Origin: Klebsormidium nitens | Lineage: Eukaryota > Plantae > Klebsormidiophyceae | Direction: 5' to 3' | Assembly: GCA_000708835.1 (NCBI GenBank) | Contig: DF237256.1 | Span: 43,856 to 107,855 of the forward strand | DNA: 64,000 nt | In this document: positions 13,090 through 24,600 of the stretch, one piece after another | Numbering within the stretch: position 1 is the stretch's first letter | Layout of the letters: every line of letters begins with the position of its first letter | Notes under the pieces: model-generated | The model's database searches: none | The model's input: the letters and a program-made list of their open reading frames with translations, nothing else | What the model was told of the DNA's origin: nothing | Translations under genes and position numbers: made by a program

Positions 13090-14762
13090 TCATTCCACGA
13101 TCTCGTCATTGCCCCAAGTTGTCTGAATGCTAGGGTCTCCGCACTCATCTTCTTCCCTCAAGGCCAGCTCTGATTTCTGACGGTCGCCGTTCCAGCTTGA
13201 CTCTCTGTCTATGTAGGTGGCCCACTTGGACTGACCTGGGGCCCGCTTTGATACTCGAAGATCAGTCTTAGACTCAGCACCGCTTGTCAACTCTGCTGCC
13301 TTAGCCCTCACACTGCCCCAGTTCGGTTCCTCAGTTTCAAGAGGCTTGGTGCCACGCTTGTAACCCTGAGCCTGGATGGGTTGCAACGCCCTTCTAGCTG
13401 TAGGAACAGAACCTTCGGCGGCTCTCTTGCCTGATTTGTCACAGTAGCTATAGCCATAATCTTGGTCAACAAGTGCAGGCTGCGATTTCCTAGCCTGTCC
13501 CTGTCCTGGTTTCTGGTATGCCACATCATCTATTCTCCTCTCTGGATGTTCTTTCTTTCGCCGCTTGCTCCCCTGGTCGGGCAGTGTTGTCACCAGCTGA
13601 GTGTCCAACGGGTCATCTTTGACAGAGACCTCCTCGCCGTCTCCCTGCACATTACGAGACTGACTGAGCAATGGGAAGATCTGAAGCACGTCTTCACTTG
13701 ATTGCTTCAGTCCTTGCACAGGGCAAGCAACAGGAGCCGTATGTGAAACCCTTGGTCATCGTGCATGCAGAGATTTCACAGGGCTCTATTTGAAGGTACT
13801 TGGGTGCAAATCCTAGTCATACAATCCGCTCTCAGTCAACTCTGCAACTGCTTTACAAGCAGCAATCTTTGCTTTACTTGCCTCCGCATTTTGTATATAA
13901 GCCTCCCACTTGTGCCCTGTCCTTGGTGGCTGCGACTGCCGATGTTGAGCTTCGCGCTCCTCCAGCTCTGCAATCAGCGCCTCGTCAAAGTCGTCGTCGT
14001 CCTCTTGCGCTGCACTCCCAGCTTTAGACAGCAAGACCGCTTCCTTGGCCGCATCTGCTTCTTGCCGCCCTAGGTTCAGATCTTGGGCCAGCTTCCGTAG
14101 ATCTGAAGCCTTGCCAGAAACTCCATAGACCTGAGAACAGAAGCCAAGATCCTCAGGTCCTCCAGATAAGGGGGCAGATGCATCAAGACGTCCAGCTGAC
14201 AACCTCCCTTGACTTTCTCCCTTTACGTTGTGAAGGGCTAAAGCAGTTGAACGATTCACAGGAACTACAGGTCAGATACCTGAGTCATGCATTCAAAAGC
14301 CGTACTCCATTACTGTCGGCTGTTCCCAAAATGTTGCCTCCACACACATCAGCATTCATGTGCTTGACGAACTCACCTTGATGACCGACTGCTTTGCTGC
14401 ACACAAACTGCAGGACCACTTGTTGCTCTTGGTCACCTGTTTCACCTGCACCATGTTGACAGGCGGTCAGGATTTGGTGCCTGCCAAGTGCACCTATCAG
14501 CGCGTCCAGCCATGTTTCGTATGGTACCTCCTCCCTCAGGTAACAGGGTGCTCGCTCCAGGGCTGATATCAGTGCCACTAAGACGATCACCTGGCTGTAT
14601 GATTTGTCATTTGACTATGACCAAGCTGAGTTGCAGAGCGCGAGTGCAGAATCAAGAGTCAACATGGTCGATATCAGGATACACATTTTCATGTCATTGT
14701 AAAGGGTCAATCACCTGAAATGTGCTGCACTGGAAGCAGCGCACAACTATGTACTCCACCAT
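13090..14762 (-). CDS. MRNIP: MRN complex-interacting protein (MRNIP/C5orf45-like)
   Basis: Exons 14762-14715 (MVEYIVVRCFQCSTFQ), 14445-14377 (VKQVTKSNKWSCSLCAAKQSVIK) and from 14130 (VYGVSGKASDLRKLAQDLN) rebuild the N-terminal CxxC..CxxC zinc-ribbon signature of MRNIP. Low-complexity tail with KWEAYI and SKWATYI motifs, ending GNDEIVE stop at 13092-13090. Confidence 0.82.
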
Positions 14763-15325
14763 CTGCGAAGAAGCTTTGAATGTGCCGCCAACGGCCCATA
14801 GAGCTTGCTGATTTGTATTCCAAAATCTTAGCCTCTACATCTTGTCACCACCCATCAGTTTGACTAGCAGGATCCTGCCCGCTCACCCTGTGCAATGTGA
14901 TTTTAAGCTGCTCTCGTACTGCCTTCGCAAGCTGAATGGATGCCACTTGCTATAAGAGCACAATCCTCAATTCGGGCTATGGGCTTCAGAACTCCGCAAG
15001 CATTCAGAGATTGCTTTTTGCCTTGATGCCGTAAGTTACAGCTTAAAGATAGTCGCCTCTCAGTGCCAGCTTGTGTCAGTTATAACGGGTTGCAGGTACC
15101 TGTAAACTGTTGAGGATACTTGTCAGACTGATGCATGAAAATTGTAATTGCAGCAGAACAGTTTGCTTGCTCAAACCACGCCTGTTGACACTCTGACCGC
15201 CCTTCTCCACTTCACCTGGTACCGTATCTTCAACTGTTCAGCATTGCATCGCTCTGGCACCCAGTCTGCACGGACGGTGTCTAAGTTTGGCTCCGGTGAG
15301 TCGCGCGGCTGAAGGCGCCGCGCGT

Positions 15326-15335
15326 GGCGCGAAAA
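15326..15335 (-). promoter_or_regulatory. E2F-type site TTTTCGCGCC in the divergent promoter
   Basis: GGCGCGAAAA on + matches the TTTSSCGC consensus on -. Lies between the MRNIP start and the 15658 start. Confidence 0.5.
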
Positions 15336-15416
15336 TTGTATTCTGAGGGGTCCGAAGGAGGGGTTGGGGTTTCGGGCGTGCCGAGCTGGCACATCCGCAG
15401 CTTTCCATTGGACAAA

Positions 15417-15424
15417 TTTGGCGC
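15417..15424 (+). promoter_or_regulatory. Second E2F-type site TTTGGCGC
   Basis: Exact TTTSSCGC consensus about 80 bp from the first site. CCAAT/ATTGG boxes nearby at about 15407, 15505 and 15594. Confidence 0.5.
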
Positions 15425-15657
15425 GCTTGGCTGCGAACGCTCCCGAGTGCTGAATCATCAGCACTAGCTGGTGCTCACTGCTGGCAGAGCGCACGGCTCT
15501 GGCTCCAATTAGCAGTTTCTACATGTAACAGTAAGATGCCCCTTAGCTACGAAATTTTCTTAGCGTCCTGTAGATCGCTTATAGCTGCGAATCCCAATAG
15601 GTCATTGTGGGGTCAGCGCTCGTGCGTTAGGGAAGCGGACTTCAGCTAGCTGCTGCT

Positions 15658-17806
15658 ATGGATGCAGAGCCTTTTGTTCCCACCCCAGAAAAGATGGGGG
15701 CGGGCGGTGCTGCTTCAGATGGTCTCACAGCGTCCAAGAGGAACCTCTTCACCGTTAGTGCCTTGAAGGATGCGGGGGTGCAAAAAGTATTGAGGCAGCA
15801 GCAAGAGAACCGCTGCTCCGAAGTGGAAAATGCAGGGGCGTTGGCCGCCAATTTTGAGCAGAAGGGTTTGGGAAGGAAGCAAAAGTTGATTGACCCCCCG
15901 GTGCAGAAGGATTTAAGGGGGCGCAGATGCAGCGATGGTTCTGTGGAGTTGCAGTTGATGGGCCACAGCGAACTTCCATTTGCCAGTCCAGGGTGTGGTA
16001 GCGCAGAAAACAGGGAAGATGCCGGGAGTCTGCCAGCTGGCAAGGGGCCGTCAAAGCAACAGCATGACAGGGACAATGCAATAGATGGCACCACCCCTAC
16101 AGCTCCTGCTGGGAGAGTCTCCGAGAGTATTGTCCTGCACACTCCTCTGAAAGCAAAGCGGCCAGACACTGATAACGTGTTGTTCACTCCGCCTCCAGCG
16201 CCTGTAAGTCTTCTCTGCAAATTCTGTCAAGCATCCAATCAATGTGCATAAGGAGATAAGTTGAACGGTAGCCTTGACCAATCGAGTGAGTTTATGAGCA
16301 GCCTACCATATCCCTTCTTTGCAGAATGTAGATATGACAAGATCTTGTTTTACCGATGGCTACATTTTTTTTTGCTTTTCACTATCTCATCCTACAAATC
16401 ATGTATCCACATAACAACAAGTGGTTGAATTAAGTGCAATCGTTTTCCAGGGGTTCAGACGGCCAAGTATTACCTCAAGTCCCGTCACTCCGCTTCCTGA
16501 CGCCGTCCATGATGCACCTGGTCGCCAGTGAGCATCCTTTCCTGATCACAAACCGACCCATCGTACCTTTCTTTCCATCATTCCGCACAAAGGAATGAAA
16601 TGTCTGGGTGAAGTTTCTAATCTAGCCAGTTCCTCTGCATGTGATGTGAGTGAGCTTATGATCAGCCATGCTGATCTTGGGCTGAATTGAAGCCCCGGAC
16701 CCACTTCGAGGTGGTTCTAACAATTATTTGTCGTCAAAATGGTTGTTCTCCTTACCCCATGGCTGTAGACAGAACAAGGATGTAGACAGAACAGTGGTGT
16801 AGTGGTGTCTTCTGATGTGGTATACCCAGAACTGTAGATCTGGAACCGACGCGAAAGCAAACGAAAACGTGAATTCCAAAATCTATTTGGAAGGTTTGCT
16901 AGACATTGCCGCTGTGCTTCAAGAAGTTGTGTTTTGGGTCCAAGGAGATGGATGCACATCCTCATGAATGCAGGATCCCAAAGAAGCCATCAGCTAGATT
17001 GAAGCAGCTTAGCATGCAGCTGAAGGAAGCGGGTCAGGATACCCAAGGTAATGTGCATTCCCCTCTGCTCCATGCTGCCAAAAGGCTTCAGGCTTACCTC
17101 TGAGATCATTCGACGTTCATGGCAGTCCGCATTTAAATGGTTGGCATCTTGGTCAATTGGCGGCATCAGAAATGAGCTTGCTGAACTCCCACTTGGCCAG
17201 TAAGCCGCAGGTCGAAACTGCGCGTAATCTGCATCATGGTACTTCATTATTCACAGTATGTTGCAATGATTTTGCCGGACCCCACCTCACAGATACTTCG
17301 GATGGAGCGACTTCGTCGAGTGTGGAGGCGACACCGGAAGCTTCGGCAGCGTCATCCGCTTGTGACACGCCTGCACCTCAGTGAGTCACTTCACTTCGTT
17401 GCCCTCCCAGATTTGACTTGCATTGTACATTCGACAATCGGCTTGTTAGGATCTATTGGGAATCATTGCCATGAAAACTAGCGCCCGTTTTTTTCGCTCA
17501 GCTTCGGCACCCAGACTTACATGGTTGAGTAGGTGCAAACACTTAATGACAGCTTCGCAAAACTGAAGTTGGTGCTGAGTCTTGTGCACGTGCTCTGCAC
17601 ATGTCGGTGACACCGCCCGTCTACTGTGCAGCCCATATGTCCTGCTAGCGAGCGGGCTCCCTGCGGAGGACCTGATGGCTGACCCAAAGTATCGGGGCAT
17701 GGCCGCTCTGGGTTGCCAGCACCAGTACACGGATGCGGACCGCGCATCGTTCTTACGAAGGCGAGGGTTTGTTGCAAGAGATCTAAACTCAGCTTTTGCA
17801 GCATAA
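15658..17806 (+). CDS. Hypothetical protein: disordered N-terminus rich in CDK/cyclin motifs plus a short folded C-terminal domain
   Basis: Exon 1 at 15658-16203 ends CCT|gtaagt. Probable internal exons near 16970-17047, 17257-17381 and 17502-17527. Last exon PYVLLASGLPAEDLMADPKYRGMAALGCQHQYTDADRASFLRRRGF stop at 17806. Internal exon structure is uncertain and I do not recognise the family. Confidence 0.55.
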
Positions 17807-18632
17807 TCTAACAGCCAGCAATCAGAATGTCACAAAGATGTCAGCTGCACGGGTGTCTCCTACTCGATTGTACAGTGTGTTTGCAAAGTGGTCTTCTTGG
17901 GCATTGCTGTCAAGGAATTGAACGTATGCCAGTTCGGATGGCCGGGAGCTCCATGCCCAACTTCTGAGATTGTGACGCAAAGTCGCGTCATGGGCGTGAC
18001 TAGCAGCCCCAATATGGTTGCCAGTGTGCCAGTGGTTCGCCATTGCATGAATGTGTAGGTCCCATTTTGTAAGCTGTAGTGTGACTTGCATGTCCATGGT
18101 CGCGCTATGTAGCTCACTCTCCACAACAAGATGGACACACAAATCCGTGATGTAACATGCAAGCAAGTAAAACAAGGGGTATGCATCCATTCCTGAGCCT
18201 GGCGGTACAAGGGATTCGGTCGATCAGCGCCACCTGTTGCCTGGCTTAAAACGCGCATGTGCGAAGCATGAGCCACGGCGCACTATTAATGTGCTCGAAC
18301 GATGATATGCAATCCTGCTTATCTATAAGCGGCTGCAGAAGCGAGCCAGTGTCGAACGGAAGGTCCCGATGCAACCTTAGAAGGACACCGAGGACCTAGC
18401 TGCGGCACAGCTTGCCTGCCTGGACATGCTGCAGATTGAACATTGGGTCACGTTAAGTAACATAGGAGCGTACTGAAAGTAGCATGCAGTCCGATCAGTG
18501 TGCTGACGCCCGGCCGCTTGTGATTCTGATAACTTCCCGACAGCGCGCTTACAAGCAATATACGTCCCATCAATCTCTCAGTGATTCCAAAGGTCCAGCT
18601 TTTCAAGCTGCTGTTGGCCTCAACATCCGTCA

Positions 18633-21600
18633 TCACGCTTGGATGCTCCTTTCGTCTTCTCGCTCGTGCCCAGATGCTTTAACAATCGCACTGAGGAGCG
18701 AGTTTTGTTCCGCTTGCAATACGGCGGGGCTGCCCTCTTCCGCCAACTGGCCCTTGTCCATGATGAGGATCCTGTCCGCCCCCAAAATGGAGCTGATCCG
18801 GTGGGCGATCGTGATCACGGTCATGTGTGCGCACTCTGTTTGTATGGTCGCCTGGAGACAGCAGATACTTGGGCCTTCAGAAAGAGGTTGCATTCGCCCA
18901 GAGATATACAATGCTTGATTACATATACAAACAAACGGGCAATTCAACAGGCGGACGAACCGTCAGAAACGCAGAGTCGATGCTAATGTGGACGGGAAAC
19001 AGTGCCGTAAATCAGGTGGATACGGAAACGTACGGATGCGGACCGTCCGACGACTTCTGGAAACCGTGTGAGTCAAGTTAGGCACAGGTTAGAACTAAGA
19101 CACCAGCATATCATACGGAACAAATAAGTATGCTGGTCAGCAGTCAATGGAAGGGCGTCTGGTTCCTAAATGGCAAGAACCCTCGATTCATCTGGGTCAA
19201 AGGATTGTACATTACGGGCAGAAAAGGCTCTGGCAATCGGCTAGTCGAACGCTGCAGCACGCGTAAGCTCTCTAGGCGCGACCTTCTACCACCGCTCAAT
19301 CTGCTCACTTTCGCATCCCACACTCACCCGGCTTTGGTAACATCTCCAGAAAACGCTTCGCGACCTGGGCCCCGAATGTCCGAAGCACTACCGACCTATG
19401 TTGATGTGCAATCGCTAACTTACTTAGATCATCATAGATATCAAAGTGTTCAGAAGTGCGATCCAGGAACTAGAGCGGCGCCGTTACCTCGATCAGCGCA
19501 CTGGTTGCCGGGTCCACGTTGGCGGTGCACTCGTCCAGACAAAGAATCACCGACCGCCGGAGCAGGGCACGTGCGAGGCACAGCAGCTGACGCTGGCCCA
19601 ACGATAGCGTGGCACCCCCCTCCGCCACCCGCGCGTCCAGACCCCCCAGCTGCGACACGGCCGCTGCCACGTGGCAGCTGCGGAGGACGTCCCAGAGGCG
19701 CGGGTCGGAACTGAGCCCGAAGGGGTCAAGATTCTCTCTGCAAGGAAAGAGAAGAGGCATCTGTGTAACACCTCGGCGCCGCATTGTTCAGCTTTGCGAA
19801 CGGTTTCTGCACAGCGGGATGTACTGAGAGTCTGAAGACGACAAGCTCAGCTAATGTTTGAGCAATCCGGTTCCTTCTTCACGGCTACTACTATGTGAGA
19901 TCGTCCCAGGACGGCCAGAAGTCCCCAGCAATCTCGAAGCTGCTCCTCCGCGTACGCCCTAGCAAAAGCTTCCCACCGCGGGGAAATGGCAAAAATTAGA
20001 TGGAAACTGCTTCCTGCAATCCAAAGGCCATTCGCACAGCTGCAAAGTATAACCTGAACGTAGTCTCGAACTGCTTCACAATCCTGCTGACGTCAAAGCA
20101 ATATAAAGCCCCGCGTCGCCCGCCCACCTGACAGTCCCCTCGAAGAGGAAGGGGCTCTGCGGGATGACAGAGAGGCGTGCGCGCAGGTCCGCGAGCCGCA
20201 GCCCCGCCACGTCGACACCGTCCACGCAGATGTGACCCCCCGACAGCTCCGCCAGCCGGAAGAGGGCGACCAAAATGCTGGACTTACCAGCCCCGGTTCG
20301 CCCAGCAATGCCCACCTGCGCACGGTTGTCCAATCATGAGGGACTGCCAGCGAGTATAAGACTCGACTCTATAATAAGACCAATTTATAAGGAACGCGCG
20401 AAGGACGGATAGGGTTGGTCTAGTGATTAGGTGAGTTTGGGCGCGGAGCGGGTGATTGTTTGAGTTAAAGTTTTTAGTTTATCCGAGCCCGGTAGAATGA
20501 CCTTATTGTTTATGCGGCTAAGTTTTCTGAAATACAGACTCATCGAGCGAGTTGTACATCAAGGAAGCGACATTTGAAAATCGGTGACAAACTCCCTGAG
20601 CGAGTAGTCTGAGCGACGTAATGAAGAAGCGTTGAAGGAAAGAATGCATCCTATTCTGCATTAGGATACACCGATTTGCCGCATTAGCGCGGCATGCTCG
20701 AGGAAGTCAACAGAGTGAAACATTGGCCTTTCACCAATCATGTCAATCTTCGGCGGAACTCAAGAGCATTCGAGTGGTCAGGATACAACCGGCAGCAAGC
20801 TTCCAAAGGTGACGTTGAGAAAGTTTGAAAACCGGGCATAGGGACGCAGGGGTTCGGCATGTGCGAGCATAGATCGAGCATAAATCCAGCAGTCTTACCT
20901 TCTCTCCCCCTCGTATGGAGAACGACAGGTTCCGGAGGGCGGGAGGAAGGCCTTTCCGGTAGACCAACGTTACGTCATCAAAATCCACGTGGCCGGAATT
21001 AGGCCACTTGGGCGGGGGCGGGGCGGTCGGGATTTTACTCTCAGGCTCCAAGTCGAGGTACTGCACGGACCGGATTTACATATGAGAGCGTGCGTCGTCG
21101 AACTCACGACTCTAGGCTTTTGAGGATGACAGGAAAGCCGAGAATTAATGCACCTCCGCGCAAGAGGTAACGCCGAGTGACTGCTGCAGGATCTTTCACA
21201 CAAAAGCGGTCGAGAACTGTCTAAACATTGAACTCTCCAGTGGACTCTGTTCCCTCTGCAAAAGCCAAAACCCCGACTTTTTGGAAGCGCCTAACATTCC
21301 CCCCCAGCACAATCTGGTGTCAGTGCAAACCACCTCAAACCTATGTCGTAACACCATTATCTTACAAAGTCCTCATCAAACATCAGCTTTTTCACCTGCT
21401 GCACGCGCTCCACGGCGACCATCTCCTTCTCCGTCTCGGTGAAGGTCGCCAGCAGCCCGTTCAGTAGCTCCACGATCGGCAGCGCGTACGACAGGCCCAG
21501 CCCCACCAGGCCCGCGCTCCCCGCTGACGTCAGCAACATGCCCCGCGCCCCCCGCAGCGGCCTCGCGAAGACCGCGGCAAAGTGGGAGAGCAAGTCGCCC

Positions 21601-24600
21601 CAACCGAGACGCGGATTGCCCGGGTGGTTATCATACGCGTTGCCCACTTCAATCCAATATGGACGAATATACTGGTTCGCTGCCCGCTTTGCGAGCGCCC
21701 AAAGATAATCAAAAAGCGCCTCAAAGGGTTTTGGATGTTGGGAGAGCTGCTGCGTAAATCCGGGGGCTGTGGCGAGGTGTTTTTGCACGACGGCGGCCAG
21801 GGCAATGAACGTGATGACGACAGTGGCCATCATCTGGAGGCGCATGCCGAGCCACTTGGAGGCCGCCTCCTCGGCATATGCCGCGCGCACGTTGGCCGCC
21901 ACGCGCGCTTCGTTCTCCGCTGCGAAGCGGGCCTGCAAAGCAGAAGCGAAGACGTGTGATTGCGCTGCCTTGTATTGAAGGGCGTTTCTCGGGGAGCCCA
22001 CTGAGAATTGCGGTTTGAAACAGCGGGGTTTGCCGACTATTGTCACGACCTCTAACACTAGCAGATTATGACAGTACCGCGAAATTCAAACCTTGGAACT
22101 CGTCACCTTCCGGGCGGTAATGTCGCTTCTCGCAAGCGGCTGCTGACAAAATGAGCCGGCAGGTTGCCAACTTGAAGCAGCATTGCAACCAAACGCCAAG
22201 ATAACCGAGTCTGGATAGAGACATTTCCTTTTAGCGCCTGCACTTCTTGATCGCTTGTTGAAAGTTACCTGGGCACGGAACGCTCGTATGGTGGGTGCCC
22301 CCTCAAGCGCCTCGGTGAAGCCGGCATAGATGGGCGATCGAGAGAGGCTGTCTAGCCGCCGCACCTCGCGCGAAGTCGACCGGTAATACCGCTGCAGTTA
22401 CGAAGCGTAGGTATGCTCAGATTGGCAGACTTCTCATTTTCAGCTCTTCCGCTTCTGCGTACAACCGCATACCTGTTGAAAACAGACTTGCGTTCTCATT
22501 GTCTGAGCAACTCCAGGTTTCACCAAAGAGCGGACTCCTCTTTCCTGCTGACACTGCAGTCCGGTAAAAGGAATGCGTACCTGAGTGAGCACGACTCAGC
22601 AAACAATGCTTTGCTGCCCAGAGCCGCCCGTAACATGACTTCGCACCTGGAGACTGCGGTAGATGAAGGCTAGCGGGACCAGGAGCAGAACGAAGGCGGG
22701 CTGCGCGTAACAGAGGACGACCAGGATCCCCGCCAGCCGGAAGGCGCTCGCGAGGAAGATGTTCAGCATGAATGGCAGAGAGTCGTCTACCGTGTACTGA
22801 TCCGACGAAAACCTGAGCGCCCACAAAGAAATGAAGTCAGAAATGTCCTGAGGCCAGGACGAAGATCCCCCTTGACACCTGCGAAAAACCTTTGAACAGC
22901 AGGCACAGTAATCAGAGCACTGCTTCCGCAACTAAGACAAAGATGTATTGACTAAGTTAGGACAGCTTAGGATTCCAGTGTGACCAGTTCTACTCAAATC
23001 TGAGTGCAGCGTATCGTCGTTGATTAAAAGTAGACGTTTGTCAACGAGGTCGACTGTTTGAATGTATAATGACTGTCGCTCGATAGACTGTGGCTCGAAC
23101 AGTCGTGAGGCAGCCAGAATACTGTTTGCTAGGCTCACCTGTTGAGAATCCGCCCGACGGGTGTTCGGTCAAAGAAGGCAACCGGCGCCGCAACGACACG
23201 TGTCAGCAGCTCCCGGTGTAGTTTGACCGCGGCCTCCAGGCCGCTGTAGGCGAAGGTGAAGGCGCGGGCGAGCGTGAACACGGAATTGGCGGCGGCAAAG
23301 ATGGCGAGAACCGTCTGCACGGAGCAGGGTGAGGAAGCTATCATCTTGCTTTAATTCTCAAATCAGCCTGCAACCTTGCGCGGGATAACCACGGTAAGTT
23401 TGAAAGGAATCCTTATGGATCAAGTGGTGTAGGAAGAAATGACGACACAGTGTGCAAATGTTGAGGCAAGGTAATCATCAGCACGTTCTTTGGAACCACG
23501 ACAACTTTTCGCCAAAGCGCTCCCGAGGCAGCTTACGAGGTAGAAGGAGACGTCCTGCGGATGCGCGTCCGTTGCTGTTGTATCGACCCAGTAGGACAGC
23601 CAGGCGTCGCTCCCGTTGCGCGTGGCTTGCATCAGCAACAGGCTCAGCAACACGAGTGCCACCATCCAGAGTCCCACCGCCCGGCCGTAAGCCCTGTCCC
23701 CGCCAACAGAACGCGACTCTTCAGTAAATTCAGAAGCCTAAGCAACGGGTGCTCTCTGCACCGTACCAATGAGTATTTAAAGCGCAAGCAACGCGGACAA
23801 TAGCTGCTATAAGAGCAGTATGAAACGATCATGATTTTCTGCTTTATTTCAACTGTCGGCGCATGACGAACGAGTTTAGGAGGTTCTGCTCGACGGTTGT
23901 GTAAGCTCTCTGCAAAGGCACTATATAGAAGGAGTGCGTTATCAGGCAGTCTTACAGGCGCCCTTCGTCTACCAAGGAAGATAATTGCATTCCCTCGGTT
24001 TTGGAAGCTGTCAAGTTGTTCTTGTCGAGCACAGCACATGTATAACAGTGACTCACCGGTAGATTGCCCACCGCACGCTGCCCACTTCCCGGGCCTCCTG
24101 CTCCACCAGCGGAACAGCGCCGGAATCCGCTCGGCCACTGGCGCTGGCCCCTTCCTGCGAAGCGCGCCTGGCCGACAGAATGTCGTTATCCAACTCTCCT
24201 TCTATTGCTTCTGGTGCGCCCCTCTTGACCCCTTCCGATAAGGAACGGCTGACGACTTGCGGATCTGCGGTGGTTCCCGGCGAGAGGGAAGAAGCCGAGG
24301 TGTGGTCGGAAGAGGACAACCGGCCTCTGCTGCTTGACGGGCGGTCATCTTTCGGAAAATGAATTTGAGGTGGTGTCTCTACCTGCCTCTCTTCTCGCTT
24401 AAGTGTGGGCTCTAAAGCCCGCCTCACTGGCTCCGACCGAGCCCGTTCTAACGGCCCCCGGCAGGCGCTCCTTCCGTGGGGCGACGGTCCGGCGTTTCCG
24501 TCGGCCGCAAAACCCTCACTGCTGTCGTCATCCATCGTAAGCGCCCCATTCGACGGGGCTGCTTCTAAACAGGTCGAGGGACCGGTATCTGACTCTCCGT

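Noticed and set aside
20350-20550. AT-rich intronic patch with a small hairpin (AGACCAA..TTGGTCT) next to CTAG, considered as a Helitron end or small TE
   Set aside because: No TIR, TSD or convincing Helitron 5' TC / 3' hairpin geometry.
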